From assembly GCA_045105515.1 (NCBI GenBank), contig JBGCDR010000177.1, positions 1 to 64,000 on the forward strand: a stretch of DNA of 64,000 bases, given 5' to 3'. Position 1 is the first letter of the stretch. Every line of letters begins with the position of its first letter. This stretch comes from Oligoflexales bacterium. GTDB taxonomy: Bacteria > Bdellovibrionota_B > Oligoflexia > Oligoflexales > Bog-1112. This document shows positions 40,213-50,921 of this stretch, piece after piece. Below the pieces are notes generated by a model that was not told the DNA's origin, ran no database searches, and saw nothing but the letters and a program-made list of their open reading frames with translations. Position numbers and translations under genes: made by a program.

Positions 40213-43096
40213 GATTTTTACAGTAGCCAAAAAAGAACTATGGAGTTATTTCTCTTCTCCTACCGCGTTTATTTTTCTCCTTAGTTATTTGCTCGCTAGT
40301 CTCTTTACTTTTTTTTGGGTCGAAAAGTTTTTTTCTCGCAATATTGCTGACCTCAGGCCATTGTTTGAATGGATGCCGATCCTACTTATTTTTCTGATTT
40401 CCACACTAACCATGAAGATGTGGAGTGAGGAAAGACGGATGGGAACAGTCGAGTTTTTACTGACTTTACCTATTAAAACCCACGAATTAGTTGTAGGTAA
40501 GTTTTTAGCCTGCTTAGGACTCGTTGCTATTGCCCTCGTTTTGACGGTAGGAATGCCTATGACGGTTGGTGTTCTCGGACCTGTTGACTGGGGACCAGTT
40601 TTTGGAGCGTATCTTGCATCATTACTTCTTGCTTCAGCCTATTTAGCAATTGGATTATTTGTTAGCTCTCGGTGTGAAAATCAAATTGTTAGCTTAATTG
40701 TTACAGTCCTCTTGTGTGGGTTTTTTTATATCCTCGGTGCCGATACCATCGTCAGTCTTTTTGGTAACAAAGGAGGGGAAGTCCTTAGACTAATAGGGAC
40801 TGGCTCACGTTTTGAAGCGGTCAGCAGGGGCTTACTTGATTTCCGGGATATTTACTATTACCTCAGCATCACTGGTGTCTTTTTAGCTCTTAATGTTTAT
40901 TCTCTCGAACGTCTTAAGTGGTCTACTGAGTCTAAGGGGTCTGGACACGGAGTGGTCAGTGCGGTTTTAGGCCTCCTCTTAGCCAACTTTGTGGCTGCAA
41001 ATATTTGGTTGTACAAGGTCAATGCTGTTCGCGTTGATATGACTGCAGAAAAAAACTATTCTATTTCTACCTCTAGCAAGGAGATTATCGAACAACTCTC
41101 TGAACCACTGCTCATACGTGGGTATTTTAGTGAGAAAACTCACCCTTTACTTGCGCCATTAGTACCTCTCGTGAGAGATTATCTTGGGGAATATCAGCTT
41201 GCCAGCAGTGGAAAAATTAGGACTGAGTTTATCGACCCTCGTGAAAATGAGGAGTTGGAAGCTGAGGCTAACAGAAAATATAATATTGAGCCTGTGCCTT
41301 TTCAGGTAGCAGATAGGCACTCTGCATCAATGCTTAGCTCTTATTTTAATGTTGTTGTGCAATATGGAGACCAGTTCGAAGTTCTTGGATTTGAAGAACT
41401 GATTGAAATTAAGCACGATGGAATGGGTGAAGTGGATGTGCAGCTAAGAAACCTTGAGTATGATATTACCCGCAGTATCAAGAAAGTTATGCATTCATTC
41501 AACAATACTGATAATCTGTTTGCTAACCTCAAAAACCCAGTAAAGTTTGTTGGCTATATTTCCGAATCTGGCTTACCCGAGCAGCTGCAAAAATTGCATA
41601 GTGATATTAAAAAGTCATTGACTAAGTATAAAGAAAAGTCAGGTGGAAAGTTAGAGCTCGAGTATTTAGACCCTTCAAAGGACAGCGCTCTTGCAGATAA
41701 AGTAAAGAATGAATATGGTTTTAGGCCTCAATCTTTAAATATGTTTTCTCAAGAAAGCTTTTATTTTTATCTTACAATTCAAGATGGGGATAAAATTGTT
41801 TCCCTAGGGGTACCCGATGACTTAAGCGTTAGCAATTTTGAGAAATCCATGGACTCGGCACTTCAAAGGCTGCTACCTGGATTCCTTAAAACCGTGGGTA
41901 TTTATACTCCTCCTGCGCCTCAAATGAATCCGATGATGATGCAATATGGTGGTGGTGGACAAGGAAAACAGTTCCAGACCGTGCAGCAAAAGCTCGGGCA
42001 AAATTATACCACTGAGGTAGTAGATCTAAAATCAGGAACCATTAGTAGCAATATAGATATTCTTTTATTGATCAGTCCGAAGGAACTTGACGAAAAGCAA
42101 CTTTTTGCTGTTGATCAATTCTTGATGCAAGGTGGTACCGTCGTTCTAGCTTCTTCTCCAGCTACTGTAGAGATTAGCCGCAGTGGGTTTAATATCAAAG
42201 AACAAACAAGTGGTCTTGAAGATTGGTTAGCTCATCATGGCATAGAAGTACCTAAAGAACTGGTTATGGATAAGCAAAATGCCGGTTTTCCAGAAATTAG
42301 AAAACGTAGCGTCCAAGGTATTACGATCAATGAGCCTTTCTTAGCACCATACCCACTTTTCATCGATGTGAGGAATACAGGCCTAAACTCTGATATCGCC
42401 ATGACTTCCGGGCTTGGACAGGTTAACATGGCTTGGGCATCACCTATTGTCGTTGACAAAGAAAAAAATGGTGGTCGTAAAGTTGTTAAGCTCATCGAAA
42501 GTTCTAAAGAATCTTGGAAAACTGTAGACCTTAAAGTGGAGGCAAACCGTAACCTTTATCCTGAGTTAGGTTTCGCTGAAGGTGATAAAAAGCAGCCTCA
42601 TTTGCTTGCAGCAATGGTTGAGGGTAGTTTTAAATCTTATTTTGTAGGTAAGGATTCTCCTCTGCTAGCAAAAGAAGATGATAAGGCTGCTGAGGAAGGT
42701 GCGGACGATAAAAAAGAGAAAGATGAAAAGGCTTTTGTAACTGGGGTTATCGAAAAATCTCCAGATATAGGTAGAATCATTCTGTTTGCTAGCAATGAGT
42801 TTATTTCAGATGATGTTCTGAAGATCTCTGGTATGGTTGGAGGGACCCAGTATCTAAATTCTGTGCAGCTTGTAGAGAACTCTCTTGATTGGTCAACTCA
42901 AGATAGGGTATTGCTTGCTATTCGTAGCAGAGGGCACTTTGCTCGCACTCTCTTGCCATTAAGTGATAGCAGCAAAACCTGGTGGGAAGGGCTGAATTAT
43001 GCCATTGCTTTTCTAGGGCTATTATCTGTTTTTGGGATTTATGGATTGTTAAAAAGAAACTCAAAACAACATTACAAAGCAATGAACTTGATATAA
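40205..43096 (+). CDS. Fused GldF-type ABC-2 permease and GldG-type ABC auxiliary domain
   Basis: KKEL..YF.SP.A, TM.W.EERR.GT.E.LLT.P, RVDMT..K.YS.S, EYDIT..I, DQFLM.GG; overlaps the gldA-like stop. Confidence 0.88.
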   Translation: MSKIFTVAKKELWSYFSSPTAFIFLLSYLLASLFTFFWVEKFFSRNIADLRPLFEWMPILLIFLISTLTMKMWSEERRMGTVEFLLTLPIKTHELVVGKFLACLGLVAIALVLTVGMPMTVGVLGPVDWGPVFGAYLASLLLASAYLAIGLFVSSRCENQIVSLIVTVLLCGFFYILGADTIVSLFGNKGGEVLRLIGTGSRFEAVSRGLLDFRDIYYYLSITGVFLALNVYSLERLKWSTESKGSGHGVVSAVLGLLLANFVAANIWLYKVNAVRVDMTAEKNYSISTSSKEIIEQLSEPLLIRGYFSEKTHPLLAPLVPLVRDYLGEYQLASSGKIRTEFIDPRENEELEAEANRKYNIEPVPFQVADRHSASMLSSYFNVVVQYGDQFEVLGFEELIEIKHDGMGEVDVQLRNLEYDITRSIKKVMHSFNNTDNLFANLKNPVKFVGYISESGLPEQLQKLHSDIKKSLTKYKEKSGGKLELEYLDPSKDSALADKVKNEYGFRPQSLNMFSQESFYFYLTIQDGDKIVSLGVPDDLSVSNFEKSMDSALQRLLPGFLKTVGIYTPPAPQMNPMMMQYGGGGQGKQFQTVQQKLGQNYTTEVVDLKSGTISSNIDILLLISPKELDEKQLFAVDQFLMQGGTVVLASSPATVEISRSGFNIKEQTSGLEDWLAHHGIEVPKELVMDKQNAGFPEIRKRSVQGITINEPFLAPYPLFIDVRNTGLNSDIAMTSGLGQVNMAWASPIVVDKEKNGGRKVVKLIESSKESWKTVDLKVEANRNLYPELGFAEGDKKQPHLLAAMVEGSFKSYFVGKDSPLLAKEDDKAAEEGADDKKEKDEKAFVTGVIEKSPDIGRIILFASNEFISDDVLKISGMVGGTQYLNSVQLVENSLDWSTQDRVLLAIRSRGHFARTLLPLSDSSKTWWEGLNYAIAFLGLLSVFGIYGLLKRNSKQHYKAMNLI

Positions 43097-43108
43097 AAGG
43101 AGCTTTTC

Positions 43109-44233
43109 ATGAAAAAGAGCATAAATATTTTAGCTGCTCTGCTTCTGGTACAGATAGTCTTGGCAGTTTTTCTTTTAACTCGCGAAGAACCAACTGCCAC
43201 ATTTACGTCTAATGAACCATTGGTTGCAGTTACAACGGCGCAAGTTGATAAGATTTTAATCGAATCAAAAGAAGACGATAAGCTTAAATCACTTGAAATT
43301 GTCAAGAAGGATGGAACTTGGATAGTACCCACTTATTATAATTTTCCGGTTGCTGAAAATAAGTTAAGAGACTTCTTAACCACAATGACTGGATTTAAAA
43401 AGTCATGGCCAGTTGGAAAAACCAAGATTTCGGCAAAGCAGTTTAAAGTTGTTGATGATAGTTTTGAAAGAAAGCTTAGCCTTTATGAGGCAGATAAAAA
43501 ACTTACGACTCTTTACCTTGGTTCATCCCCGAGCTTTAAGAAGGTGCATGCTAGAGTCAACGACGAAGACTACACTTATAGCGTTGGTTTTAATACCTAT
43601 GAAGCACAGGTGAATAGTAAAGATTGGATCAATAAAAATTACTTAGATCAAGAAAGAGCTAAGGTAAAGTCTATTAGTTTAGCTGGCGTTAAGCTTGAGA
43701 ATAATAGTGGAGACTTTGTCCTTGAGAAAACCCCTGAGGGTCAGGAAACGGATAGATCTAAGGTTAGTCCAGTCGCATCAAAAGCGATTTCACCTAGTTT
43801 TGATGAAGTCTTAGGGCTTAAAGAAAAGGTTCAGTATGGTGATGAAGTATTCAGCTATGAAATCCAAGTGGGCGAGGAAGCTATCGAATATCATTATTAT
43901 AAATCTATAGCTAAATCAGAAAAGACTCAGGATGATAAAGCCAAAACTGATGCCAAAGAGAAAAAGCCAGAAGAGAAACTTGTTTTACTAGTTTCAAATA
44001 CACCATTTGCCTTCGAAGTGAGAAAAAACAAGATTGACTCGCTTATGACTGTTAAAGAAGCGCAGCTCCTTAAAGTCAAGAGCGCCGAAAGTTCTAAGGA
44101 AGAGAAAGTGGAAGAATCTAGCGAGACAAAAAAAGATGCTTTGAATCAAAACCAGAGTGAACAATCTTCTTATGCAGGAGATGATGAATCAGAGCAAGAA
44201 GCATTAGTGTATTCTGAAGATTCAAATGAATAA
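43109..44233 (+). CDS. DUF4340-domain protein
   Basis: N-terminal TM anchor, 'L.K.DG.W......FP', 'LYLG', 'DW.NK'; the usual third gene of GldAFG-like loci. Confidence 0.75.
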   Translation: MKKSINILAALLLVQIVLAVFLLTREEPTATFTSNEPLVAVTTAQVDKILIESKEDDKLKSLEIVKKDGTWIVPTYYNFPVAENKLRDFLTTMTGFKKSWPVGKTKISAKQFKVVDDSFERKLSLYEADKKLTTLYLGSSPSFKKVHARVNDEDYTYSVGFNTYEAQVNSKDWINKNYLDQERAKVKSISLAGVKLENNSGDFVLEKTPEGQETDRSKVSPVASKAISPSFDEVLGLKEKVQYGDEVFSYEIQVGEEAIEYHYYKSIAKSEKTQDDKAKTDAKEKKPEEKLVLLVSNTPFAFEVRKNKIDSLMTVKEAQLLKVKSAESSKEEKVEESSETKKDALNQNQSEQSSYAGDDESEQEALVYSEDSNE

Positions 44234-44250
44234 AGCAAGTGCTAGTCTAT

Positions 44251-44278
44251 GAGGGTCGGAGCTGGGAATGCTCCCCTC
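44251..44278 (+). terminator. Hairpin after the Gld-like operon
   Basis: GAGGG..GGAGC/GCTCC..CCTC imperfect stem just after the DUF4340 stop; weak U-tract. Confidence 0.35.
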
Positions 44279-44298
44279 AATTTGTGAGGAAATAAGCT

Positions 44299-45024
44299 TT
44301 GCTAGAAGTGGCAAGAGCAGATTTGCTTGATAAAGTTTTTGGCCCAGCTGGCTTTGATGGTGTCTGGTCAAAGCAAAGCCGATCTCTCTTTGCCTCTGAT
44401 CGATTTAAAAACCAGAAGGTTACTCTAGATCGAAATTGGGTGATTACCCCTCAAGACTATATTTGTTGCATTTGTGATCGTGATAAGTCGCAATTACTAA
44501 ATCAGGGAGATGGGGAGTTTTTAGCGATCTTGCACTGTGATCATGATCATATTTCCGATGTGATTCATACTAGAGCCAAGGAACTCGAGATCTGCCAGGA
44601 TATCAGGCCCTTGATTCAATCATATACTTCTTACGAACCAGTGATTGTCTGCAAAACTTGCAATTGGTTGGACTCACAGGTTAAACGAATGTTGCCTAAG
44701 GTTCACAAATACTTCAGTTTTGCACCAAAGGAAAAGCGCCTCCTTATCAAAGAGTTTGGACGAAAGCGTCACAGAATAGATAAGAATTTGGCCCTACAAA
44801 AATGGCGTTATTATGCTAAGAGTTTTGAAGCTAAACTAGCTGCGATTGATTGTGATTTGCACGACTATGTGAACTGTGGCGGGCGCTTTATAGGATATAA
44901 CCCTAAAAAGAAACTATTTCATAGCGCTTTTGAAAGATTTTGCAATGTCAGTGGTTCCCAAGATTTTAGCTTAGATTTCCAAGAGTTTCTGCGAATTAGT
45001 ATGGGATGTTCTGGTAAGCCTTAA
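44299..45024 (+). CDS. Zn-binding His-Me finger (HNH / endonuclease VII-like) protein
   Basis: CCICDR...LHCDHDH...VCKTCN pattern; GAGGA RBS before TTG. Confidence 0.6.
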   Translation: MLEVARADLLDKVFGPAGFDGVWSKQSRSLFASDRFKNQKVTLDRNWVITPQDYICCICDRDKSQLLNQGDGEFLAILHCDHDHISDVIHTRAKELEICQDIRPLIQSYTSYEPVIVCKTCNWLDSQVKRMLPKVHKYFSFAPKEKRLLIKEFGRKRHRIDKNLALQKWRYYAKSFEAKLAAIDCDLHDYVNCGGRFIGYNPKKKLFHSAFERFCNVSGSQDFSLDFQEFLRISMGCSGKP

Positions 45025-45028
45025 TTTT

Positions 45029-47446
45029 CTAAGATGTTTGGGATTTAGGGTCAATCGGAACCTGAATCTCAAAGGAAGTGTGAGTGGCATCTTGAAGAAG
45101 TTTAATGTTTCCGCCAATGGATTCAAAAATATTTTTAGCAGTAAATAAACCTAAGCCAACTCCACTACCAACTGGTTTTCCGGTTACAAATGGGTTGAAC
45201 AATGTTTCTTTTAGCTTCTCTGGAACTCCCGTACCATTGTCAGCAACGATAAAATGGATAAATTCTTCTTTTTCGGCTACTGTGATCTTAATCCATTTGG
45301 TATCAACTTTGTCTAATGCGTCTTTAGCGTTGTAAATTAGGGCAAGCATCGCTTCGATAAATGAACTTTTTATGCAATTTATGAAGACTTCTTTGGGAGG
45401 AGTTATGAAGCTTAACTCAATGTTTTCGTAAACCAATTGTGAATTGCAAAAATACAATAAGTCATTTAGTAACGATTCTACTGAGTATGACTTCATCTCT
45501 GATGTCGAGCTCTTCAAGGTGAAGGACTGCATTTTGGTAACAATATTGCTAATCCTAGACGTAGCTTTTTTGAGTTTCTCTGAATAATTTAAGATTCTTT
45601 CACGATCTACCTCTTCCTGTTTGACGAAATGACATATGTGAGAGTTTAGTCCATCAATTATTGCTAGGGGGTTGTTGATCTCGTGGGCGATTCCATTGGC
45701 CATGTCAATGAGCGCTTGCCATTTGACAATTTCGGCTATTTGAGTTTGTGTTTGTCGCATATGGGTAATATCTTTTACAATTATCATTAGTTTGCTGATT
45801 TTTTGGGTTTCTGAATCGATGATTGGCTGCCAGTTAATTTCAAAAGTTTTCGACTCTTCTTGTGATTTAGAACGATTAATTTCCTTTACTAAGTTTTTTT
45901 CTTCATATACAAAGGCTTCATAGTTTTCACCGATAATTTTATTGAGTGTATCTCGGGTTTTTTTGACTTCGAATGAACCTGCATCAGAATATGAAAATAA
46001 AAGATTAGTAGGGCTCATTAATGTAATATCATCAATTTCAAAAATTTTTTTACAGTATTCAGAATATTCGTGATGAATAACCCCACCTTCCATAATAGTT
46101 AAAATTCCTTGGTTTATATTGGAAAGTAGCGTATTTAGATCATTGGTTTTTATTGATAAACTGGTAGCTTTTTCAGCAAGCTCTTTCTTTTGCTGCTCAA
46201 CCATTTTTAACATTTTGGCCATTTTTTCCCAATAAAACGATTTGTATGCAAACGTAACTATTGAGAGGCTCGTGAAGCCTATGATAGACCAAAACCAGGG
46301 AATTATGAGATCCATATATGCAAAGCTAGCTAGCCCGGAAAGAACAATACTGCCTACTATTAATATTGTTGCTAACCAGTAGAAAAAAGAAGATAAATTA
46401 AGAGCTAATATAAAGCCTATAGCTGTCCAAGTAGTGATGTAAAGCCATTCATAAGCAGCAGAATTAATCCAAGAATTTGTAATTATACTATTCACAATTG
46501 AGGTGATGAATATACCGCCAGGGATGTAACCGTAAGGAGAGTCATGAAAATCTGTACCACCCGTGTACATTTCTGGAAGTATGATAATAGTATCACCTTT
46601 GTTGATCGTATTTAGTTTAGCTCTAACGCTGGATAAATGCCCAACATTTCGATAAAAACTCTTAGGATCTAGTAAATTAATTAATGTATTTCCCCTACTG
46701 TCGATCGGAAGTGCAGTCTGATTAATATAAATTTGGTTTTTGCGCTGACTTACAGAATCAGCAACAAGCATTGCAGCGTGTGGTACAAAGTAATTATCCT
46801 TGAATAAGACAAATGGAGAAAAGGTCAGTTGACCGTTGTAATTAAGTGTACCAATGTTTGAAAATGCTTCAGAAAAAATAGCATTAGGCCCATAGAAGAA
46901 ACCTGTTTCCTGCCTTTTCATATTGGCTATAGGGCTGAGAATTCTAAATTTATCATGTAAAAACGAGTCCATTAGAGAGTATTTATCTAGGTCAATTTCT
47001 CTACGGTAGTTGATTTTATTTTTAGATAAAAAGGCACCTACTACGATCGGAGATTCAATATTCTCAATAAGTTCGATAGACTCTTTAATTTTTTTATTCG
47101 GATCAGTTAAAAAACTAAATATCTTATCAATAAAAATGAGTTTTGGTTCTCTAGTGGCAAGCATTTCAAGCAAGTTTGCCCATTCATGGATGAAGAGATT
47201 TGACCTTTTTAAGGTAGCAAGATCCTTGTCAGAAAACGCGAAAATTTTTATCTTTTTACTTAGCTTTGGGGATTTTTTGAGATATCTTTTTACATAGTAT
47301 TCTGAGGATGTTGAAATTTTAAACCTTAATAATCTACCAAAATTTGTTTCTGCAACAAAATCGATACAGGTCGCATACGTGAGTACAACCATAACCGCCC
47401 AAAGGTATTTCTTCTTTAGTGATATTTTTATCTTTTCTATATTCAT
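45029..47446 (-). CDS. CHASE2-domain sensor histidine kinase
   Basis: CHASE2-like periplasmic region (EPK.IFIDKIF, D.H.SPYG.IPG), three TMs, PAS-like segment, H-box AHEINNPL, N box NAKDA, DNGTG, PFVTGK..G.GVGLGL. Confidence 0.9.
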   Translation of the reverse strand: MNIEKIKISLKKKYLWAVMVVLTYATCIDFVAETNFGRLLRFKISTSSEYYVKRYLKKSPKLSKKIKIFAFSDKDLATLKRSNLFIHEWANLLEMLATREPKLIFIDKIFSFLTDPNKKIKESIELIENIESPIVVGAFLSKNKINYRREIDLDKYSLMDSFLHDKFRILSPIANMKRQETGFFYGPNAIFSEAFSNIGTLNYNGQLTFSPFVLFKDNYFVPHAAMLVADSVSQRKNQIYINQTALPIDSRGNTLINLLDPKSFYRNVGHLSSVRAKLNTINKGDTIIILPEMYTGGTDFHDSPYGYIPGGIFITSIVNSIITNSWINSAAYEWLYITTWTAIGFILALNLSSFFYWLATILIVGSIVLSGLASFAYMDLIIPWFWSIIGFTSLSIVTFAYKSFYWEKMAKMLKMVEQQKKELAEKATSLSIKTNDLNTLLSNINQGILTIMEGGVIHHEYSEYCKKIFEIDDITLMSPTNLLFSYSDAGSFEVKKTRDTLNKIIGENYEAFVYEEKNLVKEINRSKSQEESKTFEINWQPIIDSETQKISKLMIIVKDITHMRQTQTQIAEIVKWQALIDMANGIAHEINNPLAIIDGLNSHICHFVKQEEVDRERILNYSEKLKKATSRISNIVTKMQSFTLKSSTSEMKSYSVESLLNDLLYFCNSQLVYENIELSFITPPKEVFINCIKSSFIEAMLALIYNAKDALDKVDTKWIKITVAEKEEFIHFIVADNGTGVPEKLKETLFNPFVTGKPVGSGVGLGLFTAKNIFESIGGNIKLLQDATHTSFEIQVPIDPKSQTS

Positions 47447-47614
47447 CTAAAATTTTTTTTCTAATGGTTCTGTATGCCTCTCGGATAATTTCAGACTTTT
47501 CTTTATTAATGTTGTGTTAGTGATTAAAAGAGTTTTGATGCTAGGTGTAGGAATTGAAAAAGTGGGTTAAAGATTGGCAGGGCTTAAAATGAATATATAT
47601 GAGGAATTTTTTTG

Positions 47615-49582
47615 CTAGTTTTGTTCCTCTTGGTTCGGAATTTCAGTAAATTGTTTGATCGCTGCAATATTTTCTAGCGTGCTTGTATCTCCAGATATTC
47701 TCCTTCCTGAGGCAATATCTCTTAAGAGCCTTCGCATGATTTTTCCCGATCTGGTTTTTGGAAGGGTATCGGTGAAAATAATACTATCTGGCCTGGCAAG
47801 AGCACCAATATGCTCACAAACATGTTGCTTTAGCAGTCCTGCGAGCTTTTGCGAGTCTATTCCATTTTTTAGGGTCACAAAGCAGCATATAGCCTCTCCT
47901 TTAAGTTCGTCTGGCTTGCCAACAACAGCTGCTTCAGCTACAGATTTATGACTAACCAACGATGACTCTATTTCCATAGTGCTTAGGCGGTGTCCTGAAA
48001 CATTCAAAACATCATCTATTCGTCCCATGATCCAAATGTCACCATCTTCATCAATGCGGGCTCCATCACCTGTGAAGTATTTCCCTGGGACTTTCTCCCA
48101 GTACTGGCTTTTAAATCGGTCATGGTCTCCGTATATAGTGCGCATCATGCTGGGCCATGGTTTACTAATTACTAGGTATCCTCCCTGGTTGGTATCGACT
48201 TGTTTGCCTTGTTCATCCACTACTTGTGGAGCGATGCCAAAAAAGGGCCTGGTTGCGGAACCAGGTTTGGCGTTAGTAGCTCCCGGAAGGCCCGCAATCA
48301 TGATGCTTCCTGTTTCTGTTTGCCACCAACTATCGACGATTGGACATTGTCCTTTTCCTATTGTTTTTTGATACCACATCCAAGCTTCTGGGTTTATTGG
48401 TTCACCTACGGTTCCGAGTAATTTAAGTGAACTTAGATCATATTGCTTGGGAATTTCGGGACCATATTTAATAAAGGAACGGATTGCTGTTGGAGCAGTG
48501 TAAAATTTGGAAACTTTATACTTTTCAATAAGTTGCCAGAATCGTCCCCAGTCTGGAGTATTTGGAGCCCCTTCATACATTAGAGTGCTAACACCAAGTG
48601 CAAAGGGCCCATAGATACAGTAGCTGTGCCCGGTAATCCATCCAATATCGGCGGTGCACCAATAAATATCATCATCTTTCAAATCAAAGATGTATTTGCT
48701 TGTTACTGCGGCCCCAAGTAGATAGCCAGCAGTTGTATGAAGGATTCCTTTTGGTTTTCCAGTGCTTCCTGAAGTGTAAAGTAAAAATAGGGGGTGTTCA
48801 CTATCGAATCCTGGAGCCTCACAGAGTTCTGAAGAATCTTTAATAAAATCTTGCCAGGTCAAATCATTTGCACTGTTGAAGGAGTACTTCTGTCCTGTCC
48901 GCTCCAAAACAATCACTTTCTCTAACCAGGGACAGGCTTTATGACATGCATCTACGGTGTCTTTTAGAGGGAGTTTTTTTCCTTTCCGGAATACCCCATC
49001 AGCAGTCACCACAAAACGTGACTTAGCATCGGTGAGACGAGAGATTAGTGAGTCGGAGCTGAAACCCGCAAAAACTACATTATGCATAACTCCGATCCGA
49101 GCGCATGCTAAAATCCCAATTGTAAGCTCAGGTACCATCGGCATATAAAAAGTTACAACATCCCCAACCTTAACACCTAGGCGTTTGAAGCTATTTGCAA
49201 CTTTGCAGACTTCTTTATGAAGTTCTCGGTATGTGATTTCCTTTGTGTCCCCTGGCTCTCCTTCCCAGTAAATCGCCACTTTGTCAGCTTTGCTAGGTAG
49301 ATGGCGGTCTACGCAGTTGTAGCATGCGTTGATGACACCTCCTAAGAACCACTTAAAATGATAGTCTTGTTCTTGCTTAAAGACCTCTGTAAATGGTGAA
49401 TACCAGTGGAGGTTTTCAGCTTGCTGTTGCCAATAACTTTCTGAGTTTTGATGGGCGCTTTGCCAAATATCTTCATACTTTGAAAGGCTGTCAACGTAAG
49501 CATTGCTTGCAAACTCTTTGGGAGGAATAAAATACCTATGTTCCTTAAGTATATTACTAATATTTTCAGACTTATTTTCCAT
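47615..49582 (-). CDS. acs: Acetyl-CoA synthetase
   Basis: LYTSGSTGKPKG, WCTADIGWITGHSY, VGEPINPEAW, WWQTETG, LPKTRSGKIMRRLLR; ATG 49582 with AGGAG RBS. Confidence 0.97.
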   Translation of the reverse strand: MENKSENISNILKEHRYFIPPKEFASNAYVDSLSKYEDIWQSAHQNSESYWQQQAENLHWYSPFTEVFKQEQDYHFKWFLGGVINACYNCVDRHLPSKADKVAIYWEGEPGDTKEITYRELHKEVCKVANSFKRLGVKVGDVVTFYMPMVPELTIGILACARIGVMHNVVFAGFSSDSLISRLTDAKSRFVVTADGVFRKGKKLPLKDTVDACHKACPWLEKVIVLERTGQKYSFNSANDLTWQDFIKDSSELCEAPGFDSEHPLFLLYTSGSTGKPKGILHTTAGYLLGAAVTSKYIFDLKDDDIYWCTADIGWITGHSYCIYGPFALGVSTLMYEGAPNTPDWGRFWQLIEKYKVSKFYTAPTAIRSFIKYGPEIPKQYDLSSLKLLGTVGEPINPEAWMWYQKTIGKGQCPIVDSWWQTETGSIMIAGLPGATNAKPGSATRPFFGIAPQVVDEQGKQVDTNQGGYLVISKPWPSMMRTIYGDHDRFKSQYWEKVPGKYFTGDGARIDEDGDIWIMGRIDDVLNVSGHRLSTMEIESSLVSHKSVAEAAVVGKPDELKGEAICCFVTLKNGIDSQKLAGLLKQHVCEHIGALARPDSIIFTDTLPKTRSGKIMRRLLRDIASGRRISGDTSTLENIAAIKQFTEIPNQEEQN

Positions 49583-49683
49583 GGACAGGCTCCTTTTCTG
49601 ATTGCCATAGGACTGAGCCAAAAATTTCAGTCTAGAAGTCAATCAAGGTTCAGTCCAGAGAAAGTAGAGAATAGACATTGTAT

Positions 49684-50883
49684 TTATATTGTAAGCAAGG
49701 TATCGATGCATTTGTCTAAAGAGAAAAAATTCTTGTAGGTTTGTATCGCATTTTTACTTAAAGCTTCTCTAGCTTGTGGACTTATAATTAAGTCTTCTGT
49801 AATCCTTAAAAATAAGTCATTTTTTTGTACTGGAACCAGTTTTACGCAAGAGCTTTTTTCCCAAATCATTTCTGTATTGGGCCCCAAAGTGGTTATGATA
49901 GGTTTGCCGTGGGACAAGCCGACCATCGCACTTGTTCGGCTGGTATCGACGCCTCGTGGATAGGGTTGAACCATAAGATCGCATGCCTGTAGGTGTGCTG
50001 AAAGGGCTGCCATATCAAGCTCTCCAGCTTTTTCTAGTTGAGCTTCCAATTGAGGAAAGTCTTTTTTCAATTGAACCACAAACTCATCGCTGCCACGTCC
50101 TAAAAATAACCAAACTCTGTCTGGGTGACTCAGAAGGCCGGGAATCAATTTTCTAATTTTCTTGTTAATACCCTTGTCATAGAAGCTTCCAAAAGTTCCA
50201 ATTACAGCTTTCGCATGAGGAGCAAAGGCTTTTCTCAAGTTTATAGCTCTTTGCCTGTTTTCCATCCAGAGCACATTACTAGGTACAGGTAGCCAAATGA
50301 TTTGTTTTATTTTAGGCTTACTCAGCCCTTGGAGAAGTGGTATCCAATTAGGAGTAGATACAAAAATTTCTTGGCTAAGACCGATGGTTTTTTTTAGCTT
50401 GGCTCTCTCTTTTGTTCTTTTCCAGTAGCGACCAAGAGCGAGTAATTTCCTCTCAGCTTTTGATGTGGTTCGATGGACAACCAAGCCAATACGATCGCCT
50501 CTGTTGTAGCTTTTTTCCATCCAGCTTTGAAGAGGCAGGTTCAAGGCATCTCCAAATGCATCAGGAGTATACTGGATCAAGATGCGTTTTCGGCCACCAA
50601 TGGTCGCGAATTCCCGCTCTAAATGGTCAAAACATTGTTCATCCCATCCCCCTGGAAGGGCATGAACGATTACGCCCTTTGCCAAGTTTGAGGCTATTCC
50701 AGCACCAGATGCATGGCCAAACCAGACATGCACATCCTGCTGTGACCGCTGAAGTCCTAGACTTATATTGATCGTGTGAGCCCCAATACTACTTTTAAAG
50801 CTCGGTTCGAATGCTGATAGTAAATGCCAGCTGCAGGGAACATCGTCCGATTCGTTTACAAGATCATTACCCAAGGTTTTCAC
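49684..50883 (-). CDS. GT-B glycosyltransferase (GT4-like)
   Basis: IQYTP..FG, LPVPSN, IGTFG, L.ACDL.VQPY..G...RTS.M.GL.HG.PIITT. Confidence 0.8.
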   Translation of the reverse strand: MKTLGNDLVNESDDVPCSWHLLSAFEPSFKSSIGAHTINISLGLQRSQQDVHVWFGHASGAGIASNLAKGVIVHALPGGWDEQCFDHLEREFATIGGRKRILIQYTPDAFGDALNLPLQSWMEKSYNRGDRIGLVVHRTTSKAERKLLALGRYWKRTKERAKLKKTIGLSQEIFVSTPNWIPLLQGLSKPKIKQIIWLPVPSNVLWMENRQRAINLRKAFAPHAKAVIGTFGSFYDKGINKKIRKLIPGLLSHPDRVWLFLGRGSDEFVVQLKKDFPQLEAQLEKAGELDMAALSAHLQACDLMVQPYPRGVDTSRTSAMVGLSHGKPIITTLGPNTEMIWEKSSCVKLVPVQKNDLFLRITEDLIISPQAREALSKNAIQTYKNFFSLDKCIDTLLTI

Positions 50884-50921
50884 TTTCTGTTTAAGCTGTG
50901 AATGGCAAAGTCAACAAAGCT

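Noticed and set aside
39268..44233. GldA / GldF-GldG fusion / DUF4340 as a novel system
   Set aside because: Known widespread ABC architecture; the name does not demonstrate gliding function.
47655..49148. Plus-strand ORFs inside acs, and similar short ORFs inside tamB, RND, purD, pdh and fabF
   Set aside because: Antisense or alternate-frame shadows of well-supported genes.
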